From the NCBI GenBank assembly GCA_028534125.1, contig CM052830.1, positions 14,508,001 through 14,572,000 on the forward strand: a DNA stretch of 64,000 nt, read 5' to 3'. A model generated the notes under the pieces. That model saw nothing but the letters and a program-made list of their open reading frames with translations, was not told the DNA's origin and made no database searches. The stretch is from Lama glama. Its lineage: Eukaryota. Below, piece by piece: positions 62,682 to 64,000 of this stretch. The position numbers and the translations under genes are program-made. The stretch's first letter is position 1; the number at the start of each line of letters is the position of its first letter.

Positions 62682-64000
62682 CTAGTGGGAAAGGAAAAAA
62701 AAAACACTTTAATACGATGCTGTCATTTGCATTCACGGATTAGTAACTCTTTCTGAATCAAACTAGAATTTTGAAAATCCCAAGGCAATTTTGGCATGTG
62801 GATGTTCTTCTAGAGTGCATTAGCACTTACACTAAAATTAAAATCGATATTGCTAATTTATGTCTAAAGTTGGTTGCTATCTACTTCTTTTTCTTTTAAA
62901 ATTATCTCAGTCTTAAATTTTTTTTATCGTCTTTGTCCTGAAAGAACAATTTACAAAGTCTGAGAACCTCTATTCAAATCGTAGAGTAATGAAGTACACA
63001 GATAGAAACTCTCCTCCAAATGCTTTGTCATGGAAGGAAGGGGACGTAACTCAAAAAGTCTACATCACTGTTTCACACTCAGCATGAATGTCTAGAGGAA
63101 CAAATTGGAAGTTCCATGCTATATGTTGTATTTATATTTCTTACAGTCAAGTCATTTTAAAAGGAAACTTATCTGGAGTCTCAGTCAATTTGAATAGTAT
63201 ATATGATAGCTATACATGAAGTTTTAAAAATTTGACTGGGGATAAATTCTGGCTGAACAAAGTATTTTTAATGCATAAAATATATTGCAGATGACAAGTA
63301 CAATATACCCTGTTGGTCCAAGCTAAAACCAAAAAATTGTGCCAAGAATGTTACATGTTAGCATTCTCCTTGGAGCAATCAAGTATATACCAAATGAGTT
63401 TTCGGTATAAAATCAGGACAAATTTTTAAGATCTAAGCTTTTAAATATAGCTTACTTCAGGTTTAAGTATGTTTCTGGACAAGCTTAATCTATAAGTTAA
63501 CCTGACTAGTCTATAAAATTTAAACTAAATGTTTAATAATCATTCATTCAACACATTTAAATCCCTGTGCTAGGTGTGGCCAGGCAATAAATAGGCGTAG
63601 GTGAGAAGATAGAACATGGAAGCAAAGTCTGTATCAGCTGGAAGATACAAAATGTTAGTGGAGCCCAGCAGCTGGGCAATATTGAGAGTCCCCAGGAGCA
63701 GGAAAATGAAAAATTAAGCATGCGCATACAGTTTCTCCCAGGCCCATGGGAAAAGAATCCAAGCTAGTGACTGAGAACTTTATTCAGTGCACATAAAGAC
63801 CACCTGGGCAAGCTTGCTAGGAGGCATACTTATGGGCCCAAACCTCACAGATTGTCATTTAGAAGCCGGGGGGGTGGGCCCAGGAATCTACATTTTTAAT
63901 AATCACTCAGAGGACTTTCCTGCAGATAGTCCCTTTGAGAGGCCTGGACAAGGCCGTGGCGTCATCCTGATCGCACACACCTGAAGAAAGGCAGCGTGAA

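Larger units (their letters stand above)
39595..64000 (-). other. CRTC3: CRTC3 gene, 3' portion (exons 7-15 plus 3'UTR); the 5' part lies beyond the right edge of the window
   Basis: Nine GT-AG exons splice in frame to GFCDGENDVHGE...LWETKE IQSLSGRPRSCDV...GGSLPDLTNLHY...SSRSNPSIQATL...[35 protein letters not shown], which matches the C-terminal two-thirds of mammalian CRTC3 as I recall it. Confidence 0.97.

Noticed and set aside
1-64000. CRISPR arrays, operons or other prokaryotic systems
   Set aside because: This is mammalian intron/exon and retroelement-rich DNA with no repeat-spacer arrays.

Overview
Mammalian nuclear DNA, most likely a camelid (alpaca/camel), because it carries seven copies of a tRNA-Ala-like SINE that resembles the camelid Vic-1 family. 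The right third (minus strand) holds the last nine coding exons of CRTC3 (exons 7-15 by human numbering), each with GT-AG boundaries and a continuous frame, followed by a ~3.4 kb 3'UTR. A CpG-island/promoter-like segment lies ~2 kb past the CRTC3 3' end. The left ~37 kb is intergenic and rich in repeats. The most notable structure not shown by the ORF track is a heavily decayed class I endogenous retrovirus. Its gag-pro-RT-RNaseH-IN-env remnants can be read in order over ~0.7-12 kb, broken up by MIR, MaLR/ERVL LTR and L1 insertions. Other oddities are a composite insertion with a nested fold-back junction inside a MaLR LTR, a tailless U6 retrocopy with a target-site duplication (TSD), and an LTR fragment that looks retroposed as a polyadenylated RNA. 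I found no convincing novel protein-coding system. Repeat family names come from recall of consensus sequences, not from a database search, and repeat boundaries are approximate.
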